This document shows positions 10,119 through 20,683 of a stretch of DNA of 64,000 nucleotides, one piece after another (within the stretch, counting starts at the first letter, position 1; every line of letters starts with the position of its first letter). The notes below the pieces were generated by a model. It ran no database searches. It was given only the letters and a program-made list of their open reading frames with translations, and was not told the origin of the DNA. The position numbers and the translations under genes are program-made. This DNA comes from Steroidobacteraceae bacterium. GTDB lineage: Bacteria; Pseudomonadota; Gammaproteobacteria; Steroidobacterales; Steroidobacteraceae. The stretch is taken from positions 28,189-92,188 of the forward strand of contig JANWJS010000028.1 of assembly GCA_025451845.1 (NCBI GenBank), given 5' to 3'.

Positions 10119-11411
10119 TTACTTGAAGCGAGAAGTCGCCTCGACCACGTTGTTGCTCGGCGCTGCGCCGGCCTCGCCAGCACTGCCCCCGTTCGCATAC
10201 GTCTGCAGCAGCTCTTCGATGCGCCCGAAAACGACCCGCAGCGTGGCTGGATCCGGCAGAGTCGTCACCCGGAAATGATTGCGATAGGGGACGTTGAAGC
10301 TGACGCCGGGCGCCACGAGCACGTGCTTCTGCTCGAGGAGGTCGAGCGCGAACTTCTGATCGTCGAATGCGGGGAGCTCGCGCGTGTCGACGCCGACGAA
10401 GGCATACATGGCACCCTGGGGCGGCGCCAGCTGCAGAAAGCGGCTGCTGTCCGTCGCTCCCAGGATAGTCCGCCGCGATTCGAACAGTCGGCCGCCCGGG
10501 CTGACGAGATCCTTCACGCTCTGATACCCGCCGAGCGCCGTCTGCACCGCCCACTGCGAGAGCACGTTGCTGCACAAGCGCAGCGAGCTCAGCAGCTCGA
10601 GCGCGCTCAGGTAATCCCCGGCGAGGCGGGTCCGCCCCGAGAACACCGCCCAGCCCACCCGGTAGCCGCAGGCCCTGTAGACCTTCGAAAGTCCGGAGAG
10701 TGTCGCGCACAGCGTGTCGCGCACCAATGTCGCCATCGGGACGAACTCGGTGTCGTCGTACACCATCTGATCGTAGATCTCGTCGCTGAAGACGACGAGC
10801 CCGGTGCGCTCCGCGAGGCGCGCCAGCGCCTCGAGCACGGGCCGCGGGTAGACGGCACCGGTCGGGTTGTTGGGGTTGATGATGACGATGGCGCGCGTGC
10901 GCGGCGTCACGAGGCGAGCGACCTCCTCGGGATCCGGCACGAAGGCGTTTTCCGGCCGACAGGGGTAGTGCACCGCACGCCCGCCGTTCAGGGTGACTGC
11001 GGCCGTCCAGAGTGGATAGTCCGGACTCGGCACCAGCACCTCGTCGCCGCTGTTGAGGAGCGCACGCAGCACGAGGTCGATGAGCTCGCTCACGCCGTTG
11101 CCGATGAAGACCTCCTCGGCGGTGACACCGGTGACCCCCCTCGCCTGCTGCTGCATCACCACCGCCTCGCGGGCAGGAAAAATCCCCTTCTGGTGGCAGT
11201 AGCCCTCGGCCTCCGCGAGATTTTCGATCATGGCGAGGCGCATGGTCTCCGGGGTACGGAAGCCAAACGCCTTCGGGTTGCCGATGTTCAGGGAGACGAT
11301 CTCGTAGCCTTGCCGCTCGAGCTCGTGCGCGCGCCGCGCCAGGCGGCCGCGAATCTCATAGCGGACGTTGCGCAGGCTGTCACTCGGACGGATGCTGGTC
11401 TCGGGCTTCAT
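10119..11411 (-). CDS. alaA: PLP-dependent class I/II aminotransferase (AlaA-like)
   Basis: VRYEIRG, LNIGNP, INPNNPTG, SDEIYD, GLSKVYRACGYRVGW. Confidence 0.88.
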   Translation of the reverse strand: MKPETSIRPSDSLRNVRYEIRGRLARRAHELERQGYEIVSLNIGNPKAFGFRTPETMRLAMIENLAEAEGYCHQKGIFPAREAVVMQQQARGVTGVTAEEVFIGNGVSELIDLVLRALLNSGDEVLVPSPDYPLWTAAVTLNGGRAVHYPCRPENAFVPDPEEVARLVTPRTRAIVIINPNNPTGAVYPRPVLEALARLAERTGLVVFSDEIYDQMVYDDTEFVPMATLVRDTLCATLSGLSKVYRACGYRVGWAVFSGRTRLAGDYLSALELLSSLRLCSNVLSQWAVQTALGGYQSVKDLVSPGGRLFESRRTILGATDSSRFLQLAPPQGAMYAFVGVDTRELPAFDDQKFALDLLEQKHVLVAPGVSFNVPYRNHFRVTTLPDPATLRVVFGRIEELLQTYANGGSAGEAGAAPSNNVVEATSRFK

Positions 11412-13297
11412 AGGCGGTCAAGGATACCATCGGCGAGCTGCCGGAAGCGGTGACACGCCACCCACCTGCCGCCGGGCGCGGCCTCCCAGGTGGGCGTCCG
11501 CGCGGTGCATTCTGCAATTGCGTATCGGCACCGCGCCCGAAAAGAGCATCCGCAGGATGCTCCTTCCTCCGCCTGCGCCTCCGGTGCCTGCGCCAGCTTC
11601 GCCAGCGCCAGCCTGCGCGGCTGCACGTCTGGGTCCACCACCGGCACTGCGTCCAGCAACTCCCGGGTGTAGGGATGCAGGGGCTGTGAGAAGAGCGCTT
11701 GGGAGTCGGCGTGCTCCATCATGCGCCCGCGGTAAAGCACGAGGACCCGATCGCAGAGCCGCCGCACGACGGCGAGATTGTGGCTCACGAGCAGAATCGA
11801 CATGCGATGCTCCCTCTTCAGGCTCGCGAGCAGGTCGAGGATCTGCGCCTGCACGGAGACATCGAGCGCGCTCACCGGCTCATCGCAGACGAGGAGCCGC
11901 GGCCCGAGGATCATGGCGCGTGCGATGCCCACCCGCTGGCATTGGCCGCCGGAGAGCTCGTGCGGGTAACGGCTCACCGTCTCCTGACCCAAACCGACAC
12001 GCGCCAGCATCTCGGCAACCCGGCGCTGCCGTGCGCCGGCATCGAGCCCCGGCTCGTGGATCTGCAGCGGCTCGGCCACGATCCGGCCGATCGTCAGGCG
12101 CGGGTCGAGGCTCGCCAGCGGATCCTGGAAGACGATCTGCAAGTCGCGGCGCAGCCGCTTGAGCTCGCCTGCCGGCACGGCCGCGAGATCGTGGCCCATC
12201 CAGGTCACGCGCCCGGCGCGTGGCCGGATGAGCTGCAGCGCTGCCCGCACCAGCGTCGACTTGCCGGATCCGGACTCCCCGACCACGCCTAGAGCCTCTC
12301 CGGGACGCAGCTCCAGGCTGACATCGTGCAGTGCGTGGAGCACGCGCGCGTCACCCCGCACCGAGAACCGCGCCGGGTAATGCACCGCGAGCCCGGAGAT
12401 GTCGAGCGCAGGCTGCGCAGCGACAACTGACTCTGCAACGGTAGCGGCAGCGGCTGCGGGTTGCGGCGGCGCAGCCGCCTCGAGCGTGAGCACCTGTTGC
12501 AGGAGCGCCCGGGTGTATTCGTGTCGCGGCGTCTTGAGCACGGCGGCCGCGCTATCCCACTCCACGATGCGCCCGGACTGCATGACGGCGACCCGGTCCG
12601 CGACCCCCGCCACGGCACCGAAGTCATGTGTGATCAACACCATCGCCATGGCGCTCTCGCGCTTCAACTCCACGAGCAGCCCGAGAATCTGAGCCTGGAT
12701 GGTCACGTCGAGTGCCGTCGTCGGCTCGTCGGCAATCAGCAATTCGGGCGCGCACGCGAGCGCAATCGCGATCATCACCCTCTGGCGCATGCCGCCGGAG
12801 AGCTCGTGCGGATACTGACGCATCCGCCGTACAGCATCCGGCACGTGAACACGGTCGAGCAGCGCGAGCGCCTGGCATCGCGCCTGCCCCCAGCTCGCGC
12901 CACAGTGCGCGACGATGGGCTCGGCGATCTGCTCCCCGACACGCAGGTGCGGCGTGAGCGAGGTCATCGGATCCTGGAAAACCAAGCCGATCCGCGCGCC
13001 GCGGATGCGATCGAGCTCGCGTTGCGGGCGGCCGAGGAGCGACTCGCTGCCGAGGCTGGCGCTGCCCGTTACGCGGGCGGTGGCGGGCAGGAGGCCCACG
13101 GTCGCCAGGAAGAGCTGCGTCTTGCCCGCGCCGGACTCGCCGACCACGCCGAGGCACTCGCCGCGCGCAACGGTGAGCGAGACCTCCCGTACGGCGGGGA
13201 CCTCGCCGTGCGCCGTGACAAAGGTCACGCCCAGTTCCGCGATCCGCAGCACCGCGCCGGCGGCCGCCTCCTCAATGCGTGGCTGGATCGAGGGCAT
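11408..13297 (-). CDS. Peptide ABC transporter ATP-binding protein (fused double NBD)
   Basis: Two Walker A motifs ([16 protein letters not shown]), two YPHELSGG signatures, C-terminal oligopeptide-type Cys motif. Confidence 0.9.
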   Translation of the reverse strand: MPSIQPRIEEAAAGAVLRIAELGVTFVTAHGEVPAVREVSLTVARGECLGVVGESGAGKTQLFLATVGLLPATARVTGSASLGSESLLGRPQRELDRIRGARIGLVFQDPMTSLTPHLRVGEQIAEPIVAHCGASWGQARCQALALLDRVHVPDAVRRMRQYPHELSGGMRQRVMIAIALACAPELLIADEPTTALDVTIQAQILGLLVELKRESAMAMVLITHDFGAVAGVADRVAVMQSGRIVEWDSAAAVLKTPRHEYTRALLQQVLTLEAAAPPQPAAAAATVAESVVAAQPALDISGLAVHYPARFSVRGDARVLHALHDVSLELRPGEALGVVGESGSGKSTLVRAALQLIRPRAGRVTWMGHDLAAVPAGELKRLRRDLQIVFQDPLASLDPRLTIGRIVAEPLQIHEPGLDAGARQRRVAEMLARVGLGQETVSRYPHELSGGQCQRVGIARAMILGPRLLVCDEPVSALDVSVQAQILDLLASLKREHRMSILLVSHNLAVVRRLCDRVLVLYRGRMMEHADSQALFSQPLHPYTRELLDAVPVVDPDVQPRRLALAKLAQAPEAQAEEGASCGCSFRARCRYAIAECTARTPTWEAAPGGRWVACHRFRQLADGILDRL

Positions 13298-14207
13298 CAC
13301 GCAGACCGTCACCGAGAAGGTTGAAGCAGAGAAGCAACGCGAAGAGGATCCCCGCGGGCGCCAGCAACATCCAGGGCGCCGTCAGCATCTGGCGCGCGCC
13401 GTCGTTGATCAGGCTCCCCAGGCTCGCCTGCGGCTCCTGCACGCCGAGGCCGAGAAAGCTGAGGAAGCTTTCGTACGTGATCAGCTCCGGGATGGTGAGT
13501 GTGGCATACACGGCGACCGTACCGGCGAGGTTGGGCACGATGTGCCGCAGCAGGATCGCCCGCGTGCCCAGCCCCGTCGCGCGCGCCGCCTCGATGAATT
13601 CGCGCCGCTTCAGCGACAGCGTCTGCCCGCGTACGACCCGCGCCATGGTGAGCCAGCCCACCGCGCCAATGGCCACCAGCAACATCGCGACCCTGCCGCG
13701 CCCAAACACCGTGGCCAGAATGATGACGACAAAGAGGTACGGCAGCGCATATAACACATCCACTGTCCGCATCATCCACGAATCGGTTCGACCGCCGACA
13801 TACCCTGCGATCGTGCCCCACGCGACGCCGATTCCAACGCTCACCGCGCTGGCGAGCACGCCGATGAGCAACGACAGGCGCAGTCCATAGAGCGTGCGGA
13901 CGTAAAGATCGCGCCCCAGCGGATCAGTGCCGAGCCAATGGGCGGCGGTGAGGCCCGGCGCGGCGGCAAGATGCTGCCAGTCGAGCGCGTCGTAGGAATA
14001 GGGACTCAGCCACGGCCCGAGGATCGCCAGCAGCGCCAGCGCGGCTATCACCGCCGCTGCGGCCACTGCGGTCCGGTTGCCCCGAAGACCAGGCACTGGC
14101 ACTGTGCCGCGCCGCAGGTGGCGGAGCCGCGAGCGAAAACCACGCTTTTCGCTCGCGTCGCTCTGGGCTGCGCAGGATGCCCGGCTCCAGCGCTTCATAC
14201 TACTCAT
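13272..14207 (-). CDS. oppC: Oligopeptide ABC permease OppC-like
   Basis: HWLGTDPLGRD, EFIEAARATG EAA loop, ESFLSFLGLG. Confidence 0.85.
   Translation of the reverse strand: MSSMKRWSRASCAAQSDASEKRGFRSRLRHLRRGTVPVPGLRGNRTAVAAAAVIAALALLAILGPWLSPYSYDALDWQHLAAAPGLTAAHWLGTDPLGRDLYVRTLYGLRLSLLIGVLASAVSVGIGVAWGTIAGYVGGRTDSWMMRTVDVLYALPYLFVVIILATVFGRGRVAMLLVAIGAVGWLTMARVVRGQTLSLKRREFIEAARATGLGTRAILLRHIVPNLAGTVAVYATLTIPELITYESFLSFLGLGVQEPQASLGSLINDGARQMLTAPWMLLAPAGILFALLLCFNLLGDGLRDALDPATH
14099..14195 (-). repeat. ~100-bp palindromic repeat, copy 2 (in-frame in oppC 5' end)
   Basis: Similar to 3951-4049; translates as KRWSRASCAAQSDASEKRGFRSRLRHLRRGTV. Confidence 0.75.
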
Positions 14208-15126
14208 GCCGCACCCGCGGATCGAGCCATCCGTACGCGAGGTCCGCGGCGAGGTTGAGGAGCAGCGTTAGCGCGCCGTAGAGAACGATCATGCCCATGA
14301 CGAGGGTGTAGTCGCGATCGAGCGCCCCCTGCACCAGGTACTTCCCCGTACCGGGCAGCGCAAAGACCGTCTCGACCACCAGCGATCCCGTAAAGACATA
14401 CGTCGCCGCCGGCCCGAGATAACTCACGACGGGAAGCAGGGACGGGCGCAGCGCGTGCCGCAACAACACGCGCCATGGACCCAGCCCCCGGGCCCGCGCC
14501 GTGCGCACGAAGCTCGCGCTCAGCGTCTCGAGCAGACTTCCCCGCATCATTCGCGCGATCGCAGCGCACACCGGCAGAGCGAGCGTGCCCGCCGGCAGGA
14601 TGAGATAGATCGGGTCGCCCTGCTGCCAGCCGGCCACCGGCAGCCAGCGCAGTGCCAGCCCGAAGAGCAGCGCGAGCAGCGGACCGGTGACGAAGGTGGG
14701 CAGCGCGATGGCCAGTGTGGCGAGTCCGGTGACGAGGTAATCGACGGCCCCTCCGCGCCGCAGAGCCGCGAAGATGCCGAGCGGCACCCCGCACAGCGTC
14801 GCGAGCACGAGCGCAGCGAAGCCGACCGTCACGCTGACAGGCAGTCCCTGTGCGATGAGCCCCGCGACGCTCTCGTCGCGTAGTTTGTACGAGAGGCCGA
14901 GATCGCCGTGCGCGAGGCCGCGCAGATAATGCAGGTACTGCACACCGAGCGGCTGGTCGAGGCCGTAGAGATGATCCAGGTTGGCACGTACCTGCGGTGT
15001 CAGGGCGCGCTCCTGGGCGAAGGGCCCCCCGGGGGCCAGACGGATGACGAAGAACGAGAGCGTGACGAGAATCAGCAAGGTCGGGACGGTTCCGGCAATG
15101 CGGCGGACCGTATACCCAAGCATCAT
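14200..15126 (-). CDS. oppB: Oligopeptide ABC permease OppB-like
   Basis: RLAPGGPF, GDLGLSY, FVRTARARGL, LDPRVR. Confidence 0.88.
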   Translation of the reverse strand: MMLGYTVRRIAGTVPTLLILVTLSFFVIRLAPGGPFAQERALTPQVRANLDHLYGLDQPLGVQYLHYLRGLAHGDLGLSYKLRDESVAGLIAQGLPVSVTVGFAALVLATLCGVPLGIFAALRRGGAVDYLVTGLATLAIALPTFVTGPLLALLFGLALRWLPVAGWQQGDPIYLILPAGTLALPVCAAIARMMRGSLLETLSASFVRTARARGLGPWRVLLRHALRPSLLPVVSYLGPAATYVFTGSLVVETVFALPGTGKYLVQGALDRDYTLVMGMIVLYGALTLLLNLAADLAYGWLDPRVRHE

Positions 15127-15202
15127 GTGACCCCTAAGACCTGCCCGAAGCGCATGATAATATCGCGGGATAATAGATTAACCTGCATCCTTGGTTCGAG
15201 AT

Positions 15203-15952
15203 ATGAAACGGATCCTGGTCGGCATCAAGCGAGTGGTGGACTACAACGTGCGCATCCGCGTCAAACCGGATGGCAGCGGCGTGATCACGGAAGGGGTGAA
15301 GATGAGCGTCAACCCCTTCGATGAGATCGCGCTCGAAGAGGCGTTGCGCATCAAGGAGCGCGGCGCAGCCGAGGAAGTCATCGTCGCGACCATTGGGCCC
15401 GCCGATTGCCAGCAGCAACTGCGGACCTGCCTCGCAATGGGCGCCGACCGCGCGCTGCACGTGCAGGCCGATGGTATCATCGAGCCGCTCGTCGCCGCCC
15501 GCGCGCTGCTGAAGCTCACGGAGAAGGAGCAGCCGTTCCTCGTCATCCTCGGCAAGCAGGCAATCGACGATGACAACAGCCAGACCGGCCAGATGCTCGC
15601 GGCCCTGTGGCAACGGCCGCAGGCGACCTTCGCCTCGAAAGTGGAGCTCGATGGCGACAAGGCGCGTGTGACCCGGGAGGTCGATGCGGGTCTCGAGACC
15701 CTCGAGATCGATCTGCCGGCGGTGATCACGACGGACCTGCGCCTCAACGAGCCCCGTTACGTGAAGCTGCCGGATATCATGAAAGCGAAGAAGAAGCCGC
15801 TCGAGACGCTGACGCTCGCCGCGCTGGGCGTGGAACAGCGCCAGCGCCTGAAGCTCACACGCTTCGAGCCGCCGGCACAACGCCAGAAAGGCGTCAAAGT
15901 GAAGGATGCCGCCGAGCTGGTCGCTACGCTGAAGAGCAAAGGCGTGCTGTAA
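15203..15952 (+). CDS. etfB: Electron transfer flavoprotein beta subunit
   Basis: KRVVDYNV, NPFDEIALEEA, GKQAIDDD, DLRLNEPRY. Confidence 0.95.
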   Translation: MKRILVGIKRVVDYNVRIRVKPDGSGVITEGVKMSVNPFDEIALEEALRIKERGAAEEVIVATIGPADCQQQLRTCLAMGADRALHVQADGIIEPLVAARALLKLTEKEQPFLVILGKQAIDDDNSQTGQMLAALWQRPQATFASKVELDGDKARVTREVDAGLETLEIDLPAVITTDLRLNEPRYVKLPDIMKAKKKPLETLTLAALGVEQRQRLKLTRFEPPAQRQKGVKVKDAAELVATLKSKGVL

Positions 15953-16068
15953 GTGAGAATCGTACCGCACTTGACGAAGCGAGCCAGGGCCGTTCCCTGG
16001 CTCGCCGGACCCATTGAGTCACCGGGAGACTGGTGAAGCGCCGCCGGGCGACTGTCACCCCATCAACT

Positions 16069-17016
16069 ATGAGCAATCGCATTCTCATCGTCTCCGAACA
16101 CGACGGCGGGCGGCTCAATCCCAGCACTGCCAAGTGCGTCACCTGTGCGGCGGGTATCCCGGACGCGGAGATCACCATTGCGGTGTGCGCTGCCAATGCA
16201 AGTGCTGTCGCCTCTCAGGCGGCTGCCCTCCAGGGCGTAGCGCGTGTGCTCACAATCGACCACCCGGTCAACGCTCACCTGCTGGCCGCGGCGGTGGCAC
16301 CGCAGATCGCGGCACTGGCGGGTTCCTTCAGCCATGTGTTGGGTCCCTCGACCACCTTCGGCAAGGACGTGATGCCGCGCATCGCAGCTCTGCTCGATAC
16401 CGCGCAAATCAGCGACATCATGGCGGTAGAGGGCGCGACCCGCTTCCGCCGCCCGATCTACGCCGGCAACGCCATCGTGACCGTCGAGGTGGAAGCAGGC
16501 GCGAAGGTTGTCGGCACGGTGCGCACGGCCTCTTTCCAGCCCGCTGCGACGGGCGGCGCGGCAGCGATCGAGCCGGCCGCAGCCGCCACGGAAATCCCTA
16601 CCCATACCCGATTCGTGTCGGTTTCCGCCGCCAAGAGCGACCGGCCGGACCTGCAGACCGCCGCGCGGGTGGTCTCGGGCGGACGCGCTCTCGGCAGCGC
16701 CGAGGCCTTCCAGAAGACTCTCTACCCGCTGGCCGACAAGCTCGGCGCGGCCGTGGGTGCCTCCCGCGCCGCGGTGGACGCCGGCTATGCCCCCAACGAG
16801 CTGCAGGTGGGCCAGACGGGTAAGATCATCGCCCCGGAGCTCTACGTCGCCATAGGTATTTCAGGCGCAATCCAGCACCTGACCGGCATCAAGGACGCGC
16901 GCACCATCGTGGCGATCAACAAAGATTCCGAGGCGCCCATCTTCGAGGTTGCCGATGTCGGTCTCGTAGGCGATCTCTTCCAGATCATCCCTGAGCTGGA
17001 ACGGCTCCTCTCCTAG
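16069..17016 (+). CDS. etfA: Electron transfer flavoprotein alpha subunit
   Basis: [35 protein letters not shown]. Confidence 0.95.
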   Translation: MSNRILIVSEHDGGRLNPSTAKCVTCAAGIPDAEITIAVCAANASAVASQAAALQGVARVLTIDHPVNAHLLAAAVAPQIAALAGSFSHVLGPSTTFGKDVMPRIAALLDTAQISDIMAVEGATRFRRPIYAGNAIVTVEVEAGAKVVGTVRTASFQPAATGGAAAIEPAAAATEIPTHTRFVSVSAAKSDRPDLQTAARVVSGGRALGSAEAFQKTLYPLADKLGAAVGASRAAVDAGYAPNELQVGQTGKIIAPELYVAIGISGAIQHLTGIKDARTIVAINKDSEAPIFEVADVGLVGDLFQIIPELERLLS

Positions 17017-17045
17017 CCGCCCTCAGAGATCCCAGGGAGTTGGAT

Positions 17046-18263
17046 TTACGGGTTGGCGAGCCACTGGAGATAGCGCTCGGCGGCGCCACAGTACCAATCC
17101 GCGAAGCGCAGCACCAGCTGCTCGCTGGTCTGCGAGTAGGGTCCCGGCATATAGGCGAGCGATTCGACGCCACGCTGATTGTTTTCCGACAATGCGCGAT
17201 CCTGATCGTTGGTCGCGGCCCAGACCTGGGTGAGTGCCGCCAGATCGTAGTCGACGCCCTCCACCGCATCCTCATGAACGATCCACGTTCCGGTGACCGT
17301 GGTCTCCATCGGTCCGGTCGGCAGCGCCTGGAAGAAGAAGCCGTAGTCGCCCGTGACGTGGTTGAATCCGTTCGGCTGCACTGCCCACCACATGACGCCG
17401 ACATCGCCATCGCCGAGGCGGCCGAGCCGCTTCGCGACCGCCGGCCGGCCATCCATGGTGTAGGACAACGCGCCTTCGTTCAGCGGAAACCGTTCGAGCT
17501 CGTACCACGGGCCGATGACCGAACCGGTCTTCAGGCTTCTGGCCTCACAACGCCCCTCGAAGGCGGCAATCCACTCCTCGGTCCGACCCGAGACATCCGA
17601 CGCGGTGAAATCGCTGAAGGAGCGCATGAGCTCCGGATGTCCCGCACGGCAGTGGTAGCATTCGCGAGCGTTCTCCATGACGAGCTTCCAATCGGCCCGC
17701 TCGATCAAGGTAACCGTATGAGCCACTTTGGCGTGAATCAGCTCATGGGGCTCGAGCATGGGCTCGAGGGCCGCACGGAACGGCGCAAAGTCCGGCGCAT
17801 GCTCGGCGAGGCAGACGAATATCAACCCCGCCACGGTCTCGACCCGCACCGGAGCCAGGCGGATACCCGCGCGCTCGAACCCGGGGTGCATGCGGGGTGC
17901 CTGCGCAAGATGTCCCTGAAGATCGTAGGACCAATGATGGTAGGGGCACACTAGACGGCGCCCCATGCGTCCGGTCTTCTCTCGGCAAATGCGCGCGCCG
18001 CGATGGCGGCAAGTATTGAAGAACGCGCCAATCCCGCCGTCTTCGTTGCGCAGAACGATGACGGAAGTGCCGCCGATCTCGAAGGTGAGGTAATCCCCCG
18101 ACCGGGGGATCTGCGCAAGCAGCCCGGCCTGCAGCCAGTGCCGCTCGAAAATGGCGCGACGATCGAACTCGTGCACCTCGGGGTCCAGGTAAAGGCCCTG
18201 AGGAAGCGAGAACCCCCGCCGCCGCTGGGCGAGCAGCTTCCCCATCTTCTCCGCGATCGACAT
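17046..18263 (-). CDS. Rieske oxygenase alpha subunit (GbcA/quaternary-amine demethylase-like)
   Basis: CRHRG...CPYHHW Rieske motif; WKLVMENARECYHC...H and NDQD iron ligands. Confidence 0.8.
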   Translation of the reverse strand: MSIAEKMGKLLAQRRRGFSLPQGLYLDPEVHEFDRRAIFERHWLQAGLLAQIPRSGDYLTFEIGGTSVIVLRNEDGGIGAFFNTCRHRGARICREKTGRMGRRLVCPYHHWSYDLQGHLAQAPRMHPGFERAGIRLAPVRVETVAGLIFVCLAEHAPDFAPFRAALEPMLEPHELIHAKVAHTVTLIERADWKLVMENARECYHCRAGHPELMRSFSDFTASDVSGRTEEWIAAFEGRCEARSLKTGSVIGPWYELERFPLNEGALSYTMDGRPAVAKRLGRLGDGDVGVMWWAVQPNGFNHVTGDYGFFFQALPTGPMETTVTGTWIVHEDAVEGVDYDLAALTQVWAATNDQDRALSENNQRGVESLAYMPGPYSQTSEQLVLRFADWYCGAAERYLQWLANP

Positions 18264-18446
18264 GGCTCACCCCTCGCCGAATCTCGCTGCAGAACGCGAT
18301 TGCCAGGAGTTCGGGGTGTTAGGTTCGGTCAAATAACCTGACGTCAGAAAGCAAGTCATCCGCGAGCCAGGCAGACTCCCTGGCCCGCGGGATGAATTGC
18401 GTACGACGGCTGGCTGCGAAAATCGCCGGGAGCGACTTTCGCCAAT

Positions 18447-18929
18447 CTACAATTGGCCGAGAACGTGCTCGGCGGCGGAAACCTTGAACTGGCCCGGCTC
18501 CTCGACGTTTAGGCTTTTCAGCACCCCGCTGTCGACGATCAGCGCGAAGCGCTGACCGCGCGTACCCATGCCGAACTTGTGGGCATCCAGCTCCAGGCCA
18601 AGGGCCTTGGCGTATTCGCCGTTGCCGTCCGCCAGCATCATCACCTTGTCGCCGACGCTGGACGACTTGCCCCACGCGTTCATCACGAACACGTCGTTCA
18701 CCGCCATGCAGGCTATGGTGTCGACACCTTTGGCGCGGAGCTGATCGGCGAGCTGCACGAAGCCCGGCAGGTGCTTGGCGTCACAGGTCGGCGTAAACGC
18801 GCCCGGTACGGAGAACAACACGACCTTCTTGCCCTTGAACAAGTCGTCAGTCGAGACGTCCTTGGGGCCGTCCTTCGTCATCACTTTGAGCGTGCCCGCA
18901 GGCATACGCTCGCCCACCTTGATCGCCAT
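18447..18929 (-). CDS. Peroxiredoxin (Prx5 type)
   Basis: VPGAFTPTC, VNDVFVMNAW, LADGNGEY. Confidence 0.92.
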   Translation of the reverse strand: MAIKVGERMPAGTLKVMTKDGPKDVSTDDLFKGKKVVLFSVPGAFTPTCDAKHLPGFVQLADQLRAKGVDTIACMAVNDVFVMNAWGKSSSVGDKVMMLADGNGEYAKALGLELDAHKFGMGTRGQRFALIVDSGVLKSLNVEEPGQFKVSAAEHVLGQL

Positions 18930-18958
18930 GAGTTTCTCTCCTGCGCTTGATTCCGATC

Positions 18959-20215
18959 TCAGGCCTGACGCGCGCGCAAGCTCCAAAGGGCCGCCAGGCG
19001 CTCGAGCGTCGAGTCGCCCTTGACGGACTTGAAGGACTGTAGCGCGGAGCTCTTGTCGCCCGACTTCAGCTGGGCGATGCCGAGCAGCAGATGCGCCGCA
19101 GAGGGGTCCTTCAAATTACCCTTGGCGATGCCCTGCTTCAGGGCCTGGATGGCCTTGTCGTATTGCTGGTAGCCGAAGTAAGCGAGCCCGAGGCCGACGC
19201 TCTGCTGGCCGGTGTTCGCCCGCGCGGCTTCCTGCGCGCTCTTGCCCAGCGTCTGCTGATCTCGCTTGGCCGCCCGCTGGGCGTCGACGAGCAGCCGCTG
19301 CGCCTTACCCTTGGTGCGCGCGTCGGGGAAGATGTTCTCCTGGATCCCCTTCTGGATCACCTGCTGCGCCTCGCCAGGGGAGCCGGCCTCGATCGCCAGC
19401 TGCGCGAAGTCCGTGAAGTCCTCCGGGCGCTTCAGTACGTCGACCTCGGAAGCCAAGCGGTAAGTCTGCAGGAGGTTCTTGTCGCTTTTGACCGTCTTGA
19501 ACATGCCGTAGAGAAGCTGCTGCCAGTACTCCGGCTTCGGGTGATAGATGACGAGCTGCTGCAGCGCATTGTTGGCGCAGGCATCATCACCGCTCGGGTT
19601 CAGCTTGAGGCATGCGCTCAGGAGCAGCTGCAACGACTCGTTGCTCGGTTGCACGCCCTTCTTCTCGTCCAGGGCGATCTGCGACTTCTCGAAGCGCTCC
19701 ACACCCTTCCAGTCGTTCTTCAGATAGTAGGCTTGGCCGACGAGCGTCGGCATCTGCGCGTCCGCCCAGCCCTTGTCGATCGCCTCGGTACCGTACCGGA
19801 TGGCTTTGTCGTAGTTCTTGAGCTGGTAATAGAGCTGCGCGACGGCGACCGTGCGCTGCGGCAGCTGCGCGGGATCGGTGAATCCGTCCGTCACCGTCGG
19901 CTCGAGCGCCCTGGCCGCCCCCGCGTAATCGTGGGTATGCGAGTACGCGTACCCTTCCAGCTCGTGGATGACGTGCTCTTCGTACCCGGTCTTCTTGTTG
20001 ATCGCGTCGGCCTCGCTCAGCTTCTCGAGCGCGCCCTTGTAGTCGCCCTTCTTGAGGTCCGCCTGCGCGGCCTGCAGCGGCTTGCCGACCTCGCGGCTGA
20101 CGGTATGCGCAGGCGCCGTGGCGGCCAGTGCCGGGGCGACCCCGGCGAGACCCGCGCAGCACACCACCGCGGCGCCGAGGGCGATCGCCGCAACCAGGTT
20201 ACCTTTGACCTTCAT
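18959..20215 (-). CDS. Secreted TPR-repeat protein associated with the TonB cluster
   Basis: Signal peptide, helical TPR-like repeats; start could be 20230. Confidence 0.7.
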   Translation of the reverse strand: MKVKGNLVAAIALGAAVVCCAGLAGVAPALAATAPAHTVSREVGKPLQAAQADLKKGDYKGALEKLSEADAINKKTGYEEHVIHELEGYAYSHTHDYAGAARALEPTVTDGFTDPAQLPQRTVAVAQLYYQLKNYDKAIRYGTEAIDKGWADAQMPTLVGQAYYLKNDWKGVERFEKSQIALDEKKGVQPSNESLQLLLSACLKLNPSGDDACANNALQQLVIYHPKPEYWQQLLYGMFKTVKSDKNLLQTYRLASEVDVLKRPEDFTDFAQLAIEAGSPGEAQQVIQKGIQENIFPDARTKGKAQRLLVDAQRAAKRDQQTLGKSAQEAARANTGQQSVGLGLAYFGYQQYDKAIQALKQGIAKGNLKDPSAAHLLLGIAQLKSGDKSSALQSFKSVKGDSTLERLAALWSLRARQA

Positions 20216-20250
20216 GACATCGTCTCGCATGGGGTGATTCACTGATCTCG

Positions 20251-20670
20251 CTATTCGGCGAATTCGGAGGCATTGGAGAACCCGATCTTGGTCATGCGGT
20301 TGCGCTGGGCCGCCGCGAGAACCTTGGCGACCACGTCGTACTTGGCCATGCCATCGGGGTTCAGGTGGATTTCCGGCTGCGGGTCCTTTACCGACTCGGT
20401 GGCGAAATAGCCGTCGAGCTGCTGCAGGGTCACCGGCGTGCCGTTCCAGACGACCGTGCCGTCGAAGTCGATTTCGAGGTCGATCACTTCCGGTTGCACG
20501 GTGACCGGCGGCGGATTCTGATTCTGCGGCAGGTCGAGCTTCACCGCGTGCGTCATGACCGGTAGGGTGATGATGAGAGTCACCAGCAACACCAGCAGGA
20601 CGTCGATGAGCGGCGTCGTGTTGATGTCGCACATCGGGCCCGAGCTCGAGCCCCCGATTTGCATGGACAT
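20251..20670 (-). CDS. exbD: ExbD/TolR family protein
   Basis: INTTPLIDVLLVLL. Confidence 0.9.
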   Translation of the reverse strand: MSMQIGGSSSGPMCDINTTPLIDVLLVLLVTLIITLPVMTHAVKLDLPQNQNPPPVTVQPEVIDLEIDFDGTVVWNGTPVTLQQLDGYFATESVKDPQPEIHLNPDGMAKYDVVAKVLAAAQRNRMTKIGFSNASEFAE

Positions 20671-20683
20671 GCTTCAGAACTCC

